In this document: in pieces, positions 62,706 to 64,000 of the stretch
How positions within the stretch are numbered: the first letter of the stretch is position 1
Layout of the letters: each line of letters opens with the position of its first letter
DNA from: Bacillus sp. (in: firmicutes)
Lineage (GTDB): Bacteria > Bacillota > Bacilli > Bacillales > Bacillaceae_G
Direction: 5' to 3'
Length of the DNA stretch: 64,000 nucleotides
Assembly: GCA_041920565.1 (NCBI GenBank)
Contig: JBHGXS010000090.1
Location: 100,049-164,048 of the forward strand
Notes under the pieces: model-generated
Databases searched by the model: none
What the model was told of the DNA's origin: nothing
Seen by the model: the letters and a program-made list of their open reading frames with translations, nothing else
Translations under genes and position numbers: made by a program

Positions 62706-63170
62706 ATGATTCAACACATTCATATACAAGATAAGTCGGAAGCAAAAAGGGTGCTTGCCGTACAAATTCCCGCTTATAAAGTAGAAGCCCAACTAATTGG
62801 TTTTTCGGATATTCCGTATTTGTTTGACACGCCGGAGACACTGCAAGCTTCAGGAGAGACATTTTATGGATATTTTGTTGAGGAAGAATTGGCCGGAGTG
62901 ATTTCCTATAAAAAAGATAAAAATATTTTAGACATTCATCGTTTAGTAGTTCATCCCAGCTATTTCCGAAAAGGAATTGCAGGCAGTTTACTTCAATTTA
63001 TTCAAGAACGAGAGCCGGTTATACAAAAAATCATTGTCAGCACAGGAGCAAAGAATGAGCCTGCGATCACGTTATACCAAAAGCATGGGTTTGTAGAGGC
63101 AAGAACAATGGAAGTGGCAGATGGTGTATTTATCACATGTTTATGTAAGGAAAAGAGAGAATTTGTTTGA
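62706..63170 (+). CDS. GNAT acetyltransferase
   Basis: RLVVHPSYFRKGIA, N.PA..LY.K.GF. Confidence 0.9.
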   Translation: MIQHIHIQDKSEAKRVLAVQIPAYKVEAQLIGFSDIPYLFDTPETLQASGETFYGYFVEEELAGVISYKKDKNILDIHRLVVHPSYFRKGIAGSLLQFIQEREPVIQKIIVSTGAKNEPAITLYQKHGFVEARTMEVADGVFITCLCKEKREFV

Positions 63171-63251
63171 GAAAATTAGAGGAAAGATTGAAGGGAATTA
63201 AACGTATAAAAGGAATAAGTCATATAAAAGCAAATAAGAGGAGGACATACA

Positions 63252-64000
63252 GTGAGCACAGTAAAAACAGATTGGCTGCAGGAGATATCAAAGGAAAGGC
63301 TTGTAGGATGGAGACGATACTTACATAAATATCCCGAGTTGTCATTTCAAGAAGAGAAAACTTCCCAGTTTGTATACGAAACGCTATGCTCTTTTGGAAA
63401 TCTGGAAGTGACACGTCCAACAAAATATAGCGTTATGGCAAGATTAATTGGAAAGAAGGATGGAAAAACTGTTGCGATTCGAGCGGATATGGATGCACTG
63501 CCGATTTTAGAAGAGAATGAATTTGAGTTTGCTTCTGCTGTTCCCGGAGTAATGCATGCATGCGGTCATGATGGCCATACGGCTATTTTATTGGGAACTG
63601 CGGAGATTTTAGCAAGACATAGGGATGACATTTGCGGGGAAATTCGATTTCTGTTTCAACATGCAGAAGAGCAGTTTCCGGGCGGCGGCGAAGAAATGGT
63701 CCAAGCCGGAGTTATGGATGGGGTTGATTATGTAATTGGGCTGCATCTTATGTCAGGCTTAAAAACAGGAAAAATAGGCATTGTATACGGTCCGATGATG
63801 GCTGCACCGGATGTATTTGATATTACCATTTACGGAAAGGGCGGACACGCCGCTCATCCGAAAGAAACAGTAGATCCTATTGCAATTGGTGCCCAAATTG
63901 TATCGAATCTTCAGCATATCGTTTCCCGAAACACGGATGCATTTGAACAACGAGTGGTTACAGTGACTCAATTTCATGCAGGGACAACAGACAATGTGAT
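63252..64000 (+). CDS. M20D amidohydrolase (3'-partial)
   Basis: SD GAGGAGG, GTG start; H.YPELSFQE, RADMDAL, MHACGHDGH, FQHAEE, GGHAAHP. Absent from ORF track because it runs off the window. Confidence 0.9.
   Translation, partial: MSTVKTDWLQEISKERLVGWRRYLHKYPELSFQEEKTSQFVYETLCSFGNLEVTRPTKYSVMARLIGKKDGKTVAIRADMDALPILEENEFEFASAVPGVMHACGHDGHTAILLGTAEILARHRDDICGEIRFLFQHAEEQFPGGGEEMVQAGVMDGVDYVIGLHLMSGLKTGKIGIVYGPMMAAPDVFDITIYGKGGHAAHPKETVDPIAIGAQIVSNLQHIVSRNTDAFEQRVVTVTQFHAGTTDNV

Overview
A ~40% GC chromosomal segment from a spore-forming Bacillaceae member. Gene order resembles the B. cereus-group region: modA, a class IV phaJPQRBC cluster, sporulation kinases, preQ1-queCDEF and nrdIEF. The stand-out feature is the class Ib ribonucleotide reductase operon (41159-49215), which is split by six self-splicing introns totalling 4,622 nt against 3,057 nt of nrdE+nrdF coding sequence. 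nrdE carries three group I introns and one group II intron; nrdF carries two group I introns. Manual splicing at U|...G (group I) and GUGUG...AC (group II) boundaries restores stop-free 694-aa NrdE and 323-aa NrdF. Every intron appears to have lost mobility: four group I introns are ORF-less, one holds an internally deleted GIY-YIG remnant, and the group II protein is frameshifted right after RT+X, detaching its HNH domain. Splicing signals (P1/P7, EBS/IBS, DV) look intact. Also seen: a 31-nt direct repeat before the RT gene, a candidate ~290-nt structured sRNA upstream of nrdI, several small repeat/MITE-like elements, a divergent pair of probable pseudo-enzymes (MtnU-like Cys->Ser, MtnB-like), a CPBP-AbrB fusion, unannotated small ORFs and many decaying genes. 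All calls are by eye; no searches or folding programs were run.
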